From: Octopus sinensis | Lineage: Eukaryota | DNA: 64,000 nt | NCBI RefSeq assembly: GCF_006345805.1 | Contig: NC_043005.1 | Coordinates: 3,534,001 to 3,598,000 of the forward strand | Direction of reading: 5' to 3' | In this document: positions 51,384-64,000 of the stretch, piece after piece | Layout of the letters: each line of letters opens with the position of its first letter | How positions within the stretch are numbered: position 1 is the first letter of the stretch | Notes under the pieces: generated by a model | What the model was told of the DNA's origin: nothing | The model's database searches: none | The model's input: only the letters and a program-made list of their open reading frames with translations | Program-made: the position numbers and the translations under genes

Positions 51384-52923
51384 GTTAGTAAATTAAAAGC
51401 ATTTCTTTTCCCATATTCTTTTGATACCAACCCACCTGGGACCACCCTTTCATTCCATGATCAAACTCCCTGTTTTAAAGTTTCCAGCAGAAGGCTAATT
51501 CATGCTTCAAACACCAGCTGATCCCTTTTGGTACCAAACTGCCAAAAGCTGCCAGTCGTTTGATGGTAAAAATTTCATGTCTTAAATTGATCTAAATTAA
51601 GATCATTCATTACCAAAACTTTGTTCATTTTGGTTCCAATTAATAAATTCTTCATTATTTTTAAAATGAAATGATAGTCATCATCATCATCATCATCATT
51701 TTTGTTTAACTAGCAGAAACTTAAAATTGTTTGTGGAAGTTTGATCAAATGGGCTTTGAATAATTGGTAGAGCTGACTTTTTTTGTACCTTGTGCTGTTA
51801 GCCATATTAAGACCATGTCTACTCAACGATTTCAATGGAAACTTTTATGTACATAAAAATGTGAAGAGGTTTTTGCTGAGAGTAAACCATCTGCCACAAG
51901 TGTCTAGATAAGCATTTATCACTGCAGATATGACTGCATGCCAGCTAGGAAGATTCAGTGCTCGTTTTGGACAAATGATTCGAGTAACAACTATGAAACT
52001 TGTCTTCTCAGAGGCCTTCATGTGGTGTGCATCTCAGTTGATAGCCTATTTCTCATTACTAAGCTGACATGGTTTCAGATCTCTTAACCCCCACTACTAC
52101 ATGTTATTCTCATTCATGTTGTTGTTACAATGGCAGTAAATTGGCTGACTCTTTAGTGTCGAATGAATTCCTGGCTGTATGTTTTCCAGCTCTTTGCATT
52201 CTAAGTTCAAATCCCATCACAATCAACCTTAATTGTTTCCCTTTTGAGGGTTCTTAAAAGACAGGCCTTGTGTCTATAATCCTTTCTACTATACGCACAA
52301 AGCCTGGAATTGTTGGGGAGGGGACTAGTCGATTACATTAACCCCAGTGTTTTACTGGTACTTAATTTATTGACTCCAAAAGGATGAAAGGCAAAGTCAA
52401 CCTTCGAAGAATTTGGACTCAGAATGTAGTGACGGGCGATAAGTATTTCGTCCAGCGTGCTAATGATTCTGCCAGCTTGGCACCTTGCTTTGTGTCTGTA
52501 ATAGAAGCACTTCATTAGAAAGACAGTCGATTGGCAGAACCATTAGGACATCGGACAAATGCCTTGCAGTATTCTGACTTTTTACATTCTGAGTTCAAAT
52601 CCTGCTGAGGTCAACTTCCAGGGTTATAATCAAATACTGGAGTCATTGTTTAATGTCTGCTTTCCATGCTGGCATGGGTTGGACGGTTTGACTGGGGACT
52701 GGCAAGCCAGTAGGCTGTACCAGGCTCCAATCGGATCCAGCATCGACCACGTTCCTCCCTAAATATTTCTGGCTCTCTGCCTCTGTTACAAATTATCATT
52801 GTTTTTGTTGTTGTGGTAGTAGTAGTAGTAGTAGTATAGATAGTATCAGTAGAGCGATGGATCAAATATTCTATGATGTTCAGCTACACCAGCAGATTTC
52901 TTCACCTTTCTCTCTTCTTTCAG

Positions 52924-53026
52924 GACCACCAAGCGATGCCCAACCTTCTTCGATGGCTCTGACATTGCTCCCAAAGGAATATGTCATTTAGAAATGCATA
53001 CTCCATTTTCACCAAAACTAGCAAAG
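52924..53026 (+). CDS. MTAP: MTAP coding exon 5 (R-TTKRCPTFFDGSDIAPKGICHLEMHTPFSPKLAK)
   Basis: tttcag acceptor, 103 nt, gtattt donor. Contains TFFDG and the GICH..M..PF motif. Confidence 0.95.
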
Positions 53027-54135
53027 GTATTTTCTTGTCAGATACCACATAATTTTTGAAAGGCAATTTCTATATCCAACTTAATGTAGATGTTTTGTTA
53101 GAACACCAAATACTGTGGTATTCACCTTGAGAGGACTTCTCATACAGATGTATGGGGCCTAAAAGCACACCTGTATTTATATAGTGCTGGAAAATGAGAA
53201 TTGTCTGCTACGGGCACAGGAACTGCCAGATCATGTGATTTCAACATGCTGTGTCTCATCAGTGACAGCTGCCCACTTGCTCCACACCAACCAAATCTTA
53301 CTGCCAGCAGTCTTATTGAAAGCATTACCATTAGTGGCAGAAAGTCTACCTTGATTTCAAAGGTTAATAAAAAACAAACACATGAAGATACTAGAGAGAA
53401 AAAAACGATGCTCCCCACTCCAGACCATGGTGGGAACTACCTGAAACAGGGGACAAAATGGCATTTAATGAACTTCATAGAAATACAAAGTTGGATGTAA
53501 AGGTTGCTTTTTAATATTAATGCTGCTTCTGTCTCTAATAATTATTTCATTTTTTTTTTTTTTTTTGGTGGGTGGCATTTATTTATTTTTTATTATTTTT
53601 TTTTTTTTGTTCATTATCACATATCTTATCTTTGACTTGTTTCATTCTTGGGCTGCAGCCATGATGGAGCTCAGCCCTGAAGTGTTTAGTCAAACAAATT
53701 TTTTTTTAAAGTCTAGTACTTATTTTAGCAGTCTCTTTTGCTGAACTAAGTTACAGGGATATAAACAAACCAACACTGGTAATCAAGTGGTGGGGGTAGG
53801 GACAGACAAAAGATACTCGCATGCAAATAAATACAGTTTGGCAAAAGAGACCAATGGAACAAGTGCCATACTTCAAAAATTGTAAGTCCTGGGGTCAAGT
53901 GATTTGACTAAACCCTTTAAGGTGGTGCCACAGAGGGCTGCAGTCAATGCTATCCTTTCCCGACTATGCATCACCCATACACAACCATTATACTTCACAT
54001 CAAACCCTATTTTTTCTGTAAACAGAGACCTCAACAGCATCTTCCCTTGGGAATAAGTCAGTCCTGTCTCTTTTCACAGCAAGAAAATTCAGATGTTATT
54101 CATATGAGAAAACCTTCATCACGCCACTCCCTTAA

Positions 54136-54347
54136 CCCTTTCAATACCAACCCAGCTGAAACTGCCTCTGGATCTGTAGTACAAATGTCTTGTTTTCAAA
54201 AGTTCTGAATTAAAATCTTCCACCAAACCTTAGTCACAATTTATGTTCTTAATGATAACTAAGGTATTTTACTGAATTCTTTTGTTACATTTAAAATTAA
54301 TTGAAAGAAACAGAGAGCACCTCAACAGAAATACGGTAACAAAAGGG
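54136..54347 (-). mobile_element. piggyBac-type MITE (same family as 26658-26880)
   Basis: TTAA-CCCTTTC ... AAAAGGG-TTTAA, reverse-complement homologous to 26658-26880. Confidence 0.8.
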
Positions 54348-57300
54348 TTTAATATGAGCAGCAACCATTTTAGAGTTCTTGGAATCTCTCCTGAAGCTGG
54401 GTTCCAGCATCAGCCTACTTACACCCTCAATGCCTTCTCATGTCTACCATCGCACCCCACTTACCACAGACTCCCCCCCCCAATGCTTCTATACCTCCCA
54501 CCATTACTCACTACATACCCCCTTCTGCCATCCACTTTATCTTGCGATACTCCAACATCCCACAGACACATCCGTCTTTCTTTCCAGCTCTCCAACCACT
54601 CAGCCTTGTATCTCCGTTACAAGCCACCTGCACTTGTCAACACCTGGCATGGAACTGTTGCCCATCCCCGTCTCATGTACTGACCTCCCCCACAAAATAA
54701 GGCACCTGGCACACTCTGTAAAGTAGTTGGCATTAGGAAGGGCATCTAGTCATAGAAACCATGCCAATGTTGACATGAGGGCTTGGTACAGCCCCATGGC
54801 TTGCCAGATCCTTTCAAAGTAGCTAACTCATGTCAGCATGGGAAAATGGATGTTAAACGAGGATGGTGATGACGATGGTGGCAGTGGCTCCTCCTCTCTT
54901 CTGGTGGAAGCACATCCCTAGCTCTTTTGCTACCATATACATATTGAGATGCTCTCTGTTTCTTTCAATTAATTTTAAATATTACAAAGAGATTAGTAAA
55001 ATAACTTGGTTATCATTCAGCTAGTGTTAGGAACATAAATTGTGACTACGGTTTGGTGGAAGATTTTAATTCAGAACATTCGAAAACAAGACATTTGTTC
55101 TATAGAGCCAGAGGCAGTTTCAGCTGGGTTGGAATCGAAAGGGTTAAAAATATCATAGTGACTTTAACCCTTTTGTTACCATATTTCTGATGAGATGCTC
55201 TGTGTTTCTTTCAATTAATTTTAAATGCAACAAAGAAAAGTAACTTAGGTTGGTATCAAATGGTTACTCTTTTCCTTGTTTCAGTCACTTGACTGCAGCC
55301 ATGCTGGAGCACCACCTTTAGTCGAGCAAATTGACCCTGGGACTTATTCTTTCGGTCTCTTTTGCCGAACCGCTAAGTTACGGGGACATAAACACATCAG
55401 CATCGGTTGTCCAGCGACGTTGGGGGGGACAAACATATACATATATACGACGGGCTTCTTTCAGTTTCCGTCTACCAAATCTACTCACAAGGACTTGGTC
55501 AGCTTGAAGCTATAGTAGAACACACTTGCCTAAGGTGCCATGCAGTGGGACTGAACCCAGAACTATGTGGTTGGTAATCAAGCTTCTTACCACACAGCCA
55601 CTCCTGCACCTAACATAACTAGGATCACATCCCCAATTACTGGTCCTTCTCTTCAGGGTCAGAAGATATTTCAGTCCCTAATAATTATTAAGGTGGTGAG
55701 CTGGCAGACTCATTTGCACACCAGACAAATTCCGAGTTCAAATTCCGCTGAGGTCACCTTTGCCTTTTGTCCTTTTGGGGGGTCAATACAATAAGCACCA
55801 GTTGAGCAGTGGAATTGATGTAATCAACTTACACCTTCCCCCAAAATTGCGGGCCATCCTTTTCTGTTTGACTCACAGACATGCCACACCCTCTGGTCCA
55901 CAGGCATGTTATGTCCTCTCTTTGATGGTATTCTCTATCCCTGCTGTAATGGCCTCTCATCCTCAGAGCTGGATGAATGAATGCCTACGTTAAAGTATTC
56001 ACACCCTGCTTGTCTCCCTTTGTCTGTCATGTTGTGCCAAACTCGTCTGTGTCCCACCCCCCCACACACACACTAACCAGTGTATCCCGTCCTTCCCCGC
56101 ACCAATATCCTTATAGAACTCCCTGCCTGCTGATGTCTTTCCCACAAATATTGACTGGTAATGATCCAAGAGGAACATTAAAAGCATCAATCTCTCACCT
56201 GTCTGGCGCAAGGGTAACTGCAAAGGGCATCAGCATTGCCCTTTCTCCAGGACTGGCAACTCTGAAGAAACAAAAGTACGTCTACGATCCTTATAAGATG
56301 ACACACATGACTCATAGTCTCATATAATGAGTTGCATATTTGAGCTGATATGCAAATGAGAGTGAAATAAATTATGCTTTAATATGTAGTCATCATCATC
56401 ATCATCATTTAACGTCCATTTTCTGTGTTGGCATGGGTTGGATGGTTTGATAGGAGCTAGCTAGCCAGAGAGTTGCACCAGGCTCCACTTGTCTATTTTA
56501 GCAGGGTCTCTTTGGCTGGATGCCCTTCCTAATGCCAACCACTTTACTGAGTGCACTGGGTGCTTTTATGTGCCACCGGCACGAGGGCCAGTCAGGCGGT
56601 TCTGGCAATGACTACACTCAAAAGGTGTTTTTTACGTGCTACCTGCACAGGAGCCAGACCTGTGCCACTAGCAGCGACCACACTCAAATGTTGTTTTGCA
56701 CGTGCCAGTAAGGCGACGCTGGCAACAATCACGCTCGCATGGTGCTTTTTACATATATATATAAATGTGTGTGTGTGTGTAGGTATATATATATGTGTGT
56801 GTGTGTATATATGTAAATATATATATATACATACACACACATCACAAAAGAAACCATCGTGATGGGAGTGGGGGTATTATGTTTCGTATATGGAATACTT
56901 AAAACATCATTTATACATTTAATGCACCCCTGAAATGGCCGTAGATGATATCCTTTAACCCCGAGTTTGTACATTTATCTTATATAATATTTAACAAATC
57001 TATTTACCTCTGGACTTTTAAATTTCAAATTCTCATCCAATAACTCATATAAACACCAAATTCTTAATCGATTGGAAGATTTCCTTTAGGGAGCCCTTAC
57101 CTTGGATTCTTATCCCTATAGTTGTCACTTCTCCATTCGATATGGGAACCCAACCTACACGAGGCATAGTTTACACATATAACTTTTACATGTGATTCTA
57201 TTCATTTATTTATAGACATTTTTTATATTTATTTCGTTGTGTGCTTCAAAGTATTCTTTTGAATTTGTATTGATTACCTGGATGTGCTCCTTCTAGAATT

Positions 57301-57366
57301 TATCTTATCACACACACACACACTCACACACACACATATATATCTTTCAGTGTTTCTACTTTACAG

Positions 57367-57519
57367 CTTCTGCATGATACATCAGCAAAACTGGGTTACA
57401 AGACACATCCTACTGGCACCGTGGTGACAATTGAAGGACCAAGATTCTCAACTAGAGCTGAAAGTAAAATGTTCCGATCTTGGGGAGGTCATATTATCAA
57501 TATGACAACAGTTCCGGAG
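57367..57519 (+). CDS. MTAP: MTAP coding exon 6 ([51 protein letters not shown])
   Basis: ttacag acceptor, 153 nt, gtcagt donor. Contains the [11 protein letters not shown] and INMTTVPE substrate-binding motifs. Confidence 0.97.
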
Positions 57520-57984
57520 GTCAGTTGATGGCATTTTGTTTACTTCTTTATGGTTTTTTCTTTTTACTTGTGTTTGTTGCTAAATTTTGAAGAATTTTAA
57601 ATTCGTAACTTTTTTCTTCTCTGTCCATTTATCTGTGCTAACATCAGGTGGACAAATATATTATCAAGACATTGTATTTATAGCTGGATACCTTCCTGTT
57701 GCTAACCCTCATCTGTTTTGCAACAAAGAGATCTCTTCTGCCACATGTCTTTGAGAGTGCAAAGCTAAAGGATATTTTATTGACAGGGGAAAATGACAAC
57801 AGTGACATCACTACTTGCTTGTAGCCCAAAGATTCTCTGAGAAGTACACATGTAAACACACACACACAATTTCAGGCTTTGTGCCTAGAGTAGAAAAAAG
57901 AATATTTGTCTTTGATTCTGGAACTAAATAATGTCTAGCTTGCTTTCTTCAATCAATAAGGTTTCTGAAGTGTAAAAGTGTTCA

Positions 57985-58016
<32 letters not shown>

Positions 58017-58121
58017 GTTATCCGTAATAATGAAGGGTGAAATTAATTAATTTGGAAAAATTATCAATTACACCAAGTAGTCTTCGGCATGTAAAAGCCT
58101 CATTCGAGGAAAATTTAAGTA

Positions 58122-58398
58122 ATACTAAGCAATAAGGGTTTAGCAACGAGTTGCCTTACCACATACCGAATTTAGAAATAGCAGTCAAAGGGTTATAGCT
58201 ATTTCTTCTACTAAAAAGGGAGATCTCAGTAAAAACAGCATTTGGAAGGCAGACACAAACCTGTTTGTGTCTGCCTTCCAAATGCTGTTTTTACTGAGAT
58301 CTCCCTTTTTAGTAGAAGAAATAGCTATAACCCTTTGACTGCTATTTCTAAATTCGGTATGTGGTAAGGCAACTCGTTGCTAAACCCTTATTGCTTAG

Positions 58399-58401
<3 letters not shown>
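58122..58401. repeat. Perfect palindrome, 139-bp arms, 2-nt spacer
   Basis: 58122-58260 is the exact reverse complement of 58263-58401 (checked base by base). The right arm runs into (TA)n. Confidence 0.97.
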
Positions 58402-58429
<28 letters not shown>

Positions 58430-58690
58430 ATATCCATATCTGCATGGCTGAAACAGCTGTAAGATGTAGTTTATATTTATATTTATTTACATTCACTTAT
58501 ACATACTGTACTTATTGTATCATATTACTCTTTCATGTACATTGTTTTGTTCTATATTATTATGTTTGACCTGAATGTTCATATGTAGTGGTTTAATAAA
58601 TTATGTAATTGGGTATTATCTGGTAGTTGATCATTGATTAAGATGTATTTCTCCATTTTCTTATTTTGTATTATATATATATATATATAT

Positions 58691-59118
58691 CAGACTGGAG
58701 CCTGGGGCAGCCCCTGGCTCCCCAGACCCCGGTCAAACCGTCCAACCCGTGCTAGCGCGGAAAACGGACGTTAAACGATGATGATGTATGTATATGTGTG
58801 TGTGTATGTATGTATGTGCGTGCGCATCAACTTCTAGACATGTCTATTAATTTTTTAAAAAAGACAACTATGACAGTATACATACATGCATAACATATTA
58901 TGCTTTACATATATAATATGTAAAATATAAAAACACCAGTAATTATTAAAGTATATAACGTAGAGCATAGAAAGTAGGATAATATCTTACAGCTGTTTCA
59001 GCCAAGGGGGTCATAGTACCCCTCTTTACTTCCATTCCTTCAGTGAACTGAAGTATTTGGCAGATAAGATTAAGGTACTTGGGTGTGTCTCTGGGCTTCT
59101 ACTGGTATTTTTATATTT

Positions 59119-59166
<48 letters not shown>

Positions 59167-59610
59167 CTGGAGCCTGGGGCAGCCCCTGGCTCCCCAGACC
59201 CCGGTCAAACCGTCCAACCCGTGCTAGCGCGGAAAACGGACGTTAAACGATGATGATGATGATGTATGTATATGTGTGTGTGTATGTATGTATGTGCGTG
59301 CGCATCAACTTCTAGACATGTCTATTAATTTTTTAAAAAAGACAACTATGACAGTATACATACATGCATAACATATTATGCTTTACATATATAATATGTA
59401 AAATATAAAAACACCAGTAATTATTAAAGTATATAACGTAGAGCATAGAAAGTAGGATAATATCTTACAGCTGTTTCAGCCAAGGGGGTCATAGTACCCC
59501 TCTTTACTTCCATTCCTTCAGTGAACTGAAGTATTTGGCAGATAAGATTAAGGTACTTGGGTGTGTCTCTGGGCTTCTACTGGTATTTTTATATTTTATA
59601 TATTATATAT
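58691..59610. repeat. Near-perfect direct tandem duplication, period 472 nt
   Basis: Units start CAGACTGGAG at 58691 and 59163. They differ only in (GAT)n and (TA)n length, and junctions lie in (TA)n. Confidence 0.95.
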
Positions 59611-60355
59611 GTAAAGCATAATGTCCAACCCATGCTAGCATGGAAAACGGACGCTAAACGATGATGATGATGATGATGATGTATGAATATTGTTATAAAT
59701 GTCTTTTTAAAAAAAAATATATTTATAGGCATAATATAATGTCTAAAAGTTGATGACTACCACCTCTTGATCCCCTCCACTTTCTTATTGCTGTATAAAT
59801 TAAGGGTAAAATAACTCTTTACCCCCACCCATTTATTACACTCGGTAATATAATTGCCATGCAATGAAAAAACACTTGTGTATTAATAATTAGGTGTTCT
59901 ACCAGCAGCAATATTGGATAGATATTATCCCTCAGTTGGTTGGATTCACAACCTTTAACTCATGGATATATATATATATTTGTGTAGGCGTGTGTGTGTG
60001 TTCTAATGTGTATGAGTATATCTTTACACATTTACTTTTTAATCTGCCTGTGTTGTCCAATTCCTAAAATGTCTGTGTGTCATCATGTTTTGTTTTACGT
60101 CTGTTTTTCTATGCTGGTATGGGTTAGATGAATATAATATCGAGGGGCATTGTTTTATGGCCACATACCCTGCTTCCTGATTTTCAGGAATTGCATCTTT
60201 TTTTCAAGTAAGGGATTTTTTATTCCACACTGCTTTAAAAGGGGCTGGTGACTTAATTACAAATTGTTACTAAATGTTTAAAGTTTAGTTTTAGGTTATT
60301 TGGTATTAATATTCCAGGGAGCATTTTATTTCATGAATACTATTTATTTTATCAG

Positions 60356-60442
60356 GTGATATTGGCAAAGGAGTTGGCCATGTGTTATTCTAGCATTGCT
60401 CTGGTCACTGACTATGACAGTTGGAGAGAGAACGAAGATGGT
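60356..60442 (+). CDS. MTAP: MTAP coding exon 7 (VILAKELAMCYSSIALVTDYDSWRENEDG)
   Basis: ttttatcag acceptor, 87 nt, gtaagt donor. Contains the TDYD adenine-specificity motif. Confidence 0.97.
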
Positions 60443-62179
60443 GTAAGTATTGAGAGCTTCGTTTAGCTTATCTGTTTGTTTGTTTTTTGTTTACTCATTT
60501 GTTTATCATTGCATCCCCCTCTCCCACCTCTAACCATCTATCACTCTACTTTTACATTACTTTTACAATGTCGCCTTACTGGCACCTGTGCTGGGGGCAT
60601 GTGTAAAAGATTCAAGCGAGGTCGTTGCCAGTACCACCTGACTAGCCCCGTGCCGGTGGCACGTAAAAAGCACCCACTGCACTCTCAGAGTGGTTGGCAT
60701 AAGGAAGGGCATCCAGCTGTAGAAACTCTGACAGATCAAGATTGGGGCCTGGTGCAGCCATCTGGTTCGCCAGCCCTCAGTCAAAATCGTCCAACCCATG
60801 CTAGCATGGAAAGCGGACGTTAAACGATGATGATGATGATTGCCATGAACCTACCTACTCACCCATTCTTTCAAATTCTCTGCCCCTATCTCCTTGTACT
60901 GTGAGGGTAAGCCCTGGCACCTCATCACCCCCCCTTTATCTCCCTTTCCCACTCACCCTTCTATACTATGGATTAGCCACTGTGAAGGCACATGGCTTAA
61001 TAGGATATTCAGCTCAAGATCGTAAGGTTGTGAGATTGATTCTCGTCAGCATGTTGCGTCCTTGAGCAAGACACTCTATTTCACATTGCTCCAGTCCACT
61101 CACCTGGCAAAAATGAGTTGTACCTGTATTTCAAAGGGCCAGCCTTGTCACACTCTGTGCCGTGTTGAATCTCCCCAAGAACTACATTAAGGCTACATGT
61201 GTCTGTGCAGTGCTCAGCCACATGCATGTTAATTCCACAAGCAGGCTGTTTCCATTGATCAGATTAATTGGAATACTTGTCATTAGCCACTGCCTCGTTA
61301 GAGGTGAAAACACTACAAATTAACCTGGAAATGCTGGATGCAAGTCAACAGTTTATTCAGGAGGAGGGGACAGCGTTGAAGGTGTCCCCTCCCGAAAAAA
61401 GTGTAGAACTGAAAAGAAAAAGAACCGGGGTCTACAGGATGCAAGCGACCACATCGCGGAGGATAGAAGTGGCCTCTGAGAGAGACATAGAGTGCTGCTT
61501 GCTGCCGGTAATGGCAGAGGCAACCTTCATTCACAGAGAAAAGAAATTTAACCCTTATATTTGTACAGCAACATGCCTGCCCCTTCGATCATACTTTAGC
61601 CTCTCAAAACCCAACACAAAGTCACCATCTTCTCCATTACTCTCCCACCAACACTGAATTGAGGTGTCTTTTTCTTTCTTTTGTGTGAGAAGAGTACCAA
61701 ATGCACACTGATTGTCATTACGAAGGACATCCAGTTGTTGAAGTCCTGCCAAAGCAAATATTGGAGCTCAACATTGTCCTCTGGCTCATCAGATATTCTG
61801 TCGAACTGGCCAACCCATGCCAGCATGGAAGAAGGACATTAAATCACGAGGCTGGTGAGAACTGAGTCCTGTAGGATTTACTGGGTGTACCACAGCTTTG
61901 GCATTCTTTTTTTGGTTGAATACTCTTCCTAACATTAACCACTTTACACTGTGTTCAGGGCACTTTCCTTTGTGCCATTGGCCCTAGCGAGTTCGCCAAA
62001 TAACAAAGGGAAAAACTCCTTCAATTAAGTGTGGAAAGGTGGCTTTATGCCAAGGTGTTTAGGGCAAAACCTGTTATATTTTTGATAGATTATTGTTAGG
62101 GGCAGGGTGTTTCTATTTTGCTGTTGAAAAAAATTAAGGACATTCTTGAAAAGTTTTTTCTTTTGGTATTAATATTTAG

Positions 62180-62302
62180 GTTTCAGTTGATGCTGTTCTG
62201 AAGACTTTCAAAGAAAATGCTGTAAAAGCTGAAAACATCCTCAAATCTGTCATCCCAGAGATTGCCAAACATAATTGGACAGATGAATTGCAACACAATA
62301 AG
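62180..62302 (+). CDS. MTAP: MTAP coding exon 8 (VSVDAVLKTFKENAVKAENILKSVIPEIAKHNWTDELQHNK)
   Basis: atttag acceptor, 123 nt, gtagga donor. Aligns to VSVDRVLKTLKENANKAK of human MTAP. No stop codon, so a further exon must follow. Confidence 0.95.
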
Positions 62303-64000
62303 GTAGGAACAACCAGATCATTCTCTTTCCTCTCTCTCTGCATCTATGTAAATGTTTTAATTAGCAGAAGTGACTGACTCTTTAATGAGGTTAACCAAAT
62401 CAGTTGAAATCCTGAAGTAAATGTGTAATTAGACAAACCACCCGGTACTTTTCCCATGGGTCTACCCAGATACCTAACATTTCCACCTCTAATAATCATC
62501 ACCATTTTAGCATCCATGTTTCCATGAGTTCAGTGAATTTGTCAAACTGTCTGTCACCACACATTCGGATCCTTCAACATCTCATCTTTAAGCCTTGATA
62601 TTCTGAGATCCAATCACACCAGTTCTTTTCATTCTTCTCTTCTTCTTCCACACCCATTCTTATTCGCATCACATCTTTATACCAATGCACTCATCTCCTG
62701 CATTTAACAACACCTCTTTCAACTCACTTTTATTCGAATCATGTCTTCCTTATTGGCCCTCCTGTCCCTGCAGATCCTCCACATTTATTACACCAACCAT
62801 TAGATTTTTTCAATAAGCTCTTGGCACAGCCTGCTGTTTCTACAAACAAAGAAATCGTTTTTCGTTTCTAACAAATAAAACAGCTTTCTGAACCATTTCC
62901 ATTCTTTGCTTATTTCAGAAACTAAGTTTTTAATCCCCCCCCCCTTGCAGTTCTTCTTAGATCCCCCAGGCTAACACAAAACTACATCAAGTAAAATGCC
63001 TGAACACTTACTGGATAACTTACTTTGTTAGGTACTCACCATCACCATCCCTTAACATCCATTTTCCATGCTGTCCTGGGTTGGACATTTTTGACAAGAT
63101 CCAATGGGCCCAAGGACCGCATCCTGCTCCACTGTCTGCTTTGGCATTGTTTCTATGGCCAGATACCATTCCCAGCGCCAGCCACTTTACTCCTTCACAC
63201 ATGATCCTGAAGTCCTGGTTCTCTTGCATTATTCTCCCAGAGATTCCACAACAACATTTTGTATCTGTTCCTTGTTCACACTCAGAACACAGTACCAAAT
63301 TCTTACCTTTTTCCTTAACAGCCAATGTTTTGGAATCTCTCTTTCTAATTCCTCTCTTGATTTTTATGTCAGATTATTCTTTGGTCTTCGTTCCCCTCTT
63401 CTCTTACTCGCTCTCTTTCTTTCTCATTATTCTATTGTAAATATATTCCTGCAACTCTTCAACAGGTTCTGCCTTAAGAACCATATGTAGCTGTGTTGTT
63501 TAGAAGTTTGTCTCCCAACCCCTTGGTTTCAGGTTCAGTCCCACTCCATGACAACTTTGATCTTCTACCAAAGCCTTGTGAATAAATCTGGCTGATGGAA
63601 AATACAGTGATACCTTGCAGTACGAGTTTAATTCATTCCAGGACTGAACTCATCTTACGATTCACTCGTTTTACAAATCCATTTTCCCTATTGAAACAAA
63701 CTGATTAATCCATTCCAACCCACCAAAACCTCTCAAAAATAATTTTTTTATGGGTTTTAAAACAGAAAAGTTTCAAGTAGAATGACAATTATAAAAAAAG
63801 AGAATGCAAAAGAAATATGTAAACTGGTTTTATTAACTGAATTACCTTAAAGATGGGACGATTTGTGTGCTCGTACTGCGGATTTCCACTTCCAGACAAA
63901 AATTTGCACAAGTCTCAGCTCATACGGCAAATTACATGTCCAGTGGGGCCCTCGTACAGTGAGGTTTTACTCTTTTACTTGTTTCAGTCATTTGACTGTG

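Noticed and set aside
57341-57366. Alternative upstream acceptor for MTAP exon 6 (tttcag at 57350)
   Set aside because: It would add 16 nt and shift the frame. The 57366 acceptor preserves alignment.

Overview
Eukaryotic, repeat-dense genomic DNA. The SINE/LINE families and long (TA)n/(CA)n/(TACA)n tracts look like an octopus or other coleoid cephalopod; this is inference. The window holds one well-supported gene, S-methyl-5'-thioadenosine phosphorylase (MTAP), on the + strand. Eight coding exons (25221-62302, 265 codons) splice in frame through GT-AG introns; the terminal exon was not confidently found. A probable first coding exon (signal peptide plus phase-1 donor) of an unidentified - strand gene lies at 9962-10040. 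The rest is transposon-derived: a decayed RTE LINE whose 3' UTR is the most abundant short repeat here, CR1-type fragments, several tRNA-derived SINE families, piggyBac-, mariner- and hAT-type MITEs, and microsatellites. Nearly all supplied ORFs are microsatellite or repeat artefacts. The most unusual signal is a set of minimal type-I hammerhead-ribozyme motifs of the Penelope/retrozyme kind in at least four repeat families. These include a tRNA-headed (Pol III) element with a hammerhead tail present as a head-to-head inverted dimer (42863-43300), and an inverted pair whose two arms together rebuild a hammerhead with a long stem II (40041-40394). Several fold-back palindromes abut (TA)n tracts, one of them perfect over 139 bp. 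All structures were folded by eye and no searches were run.
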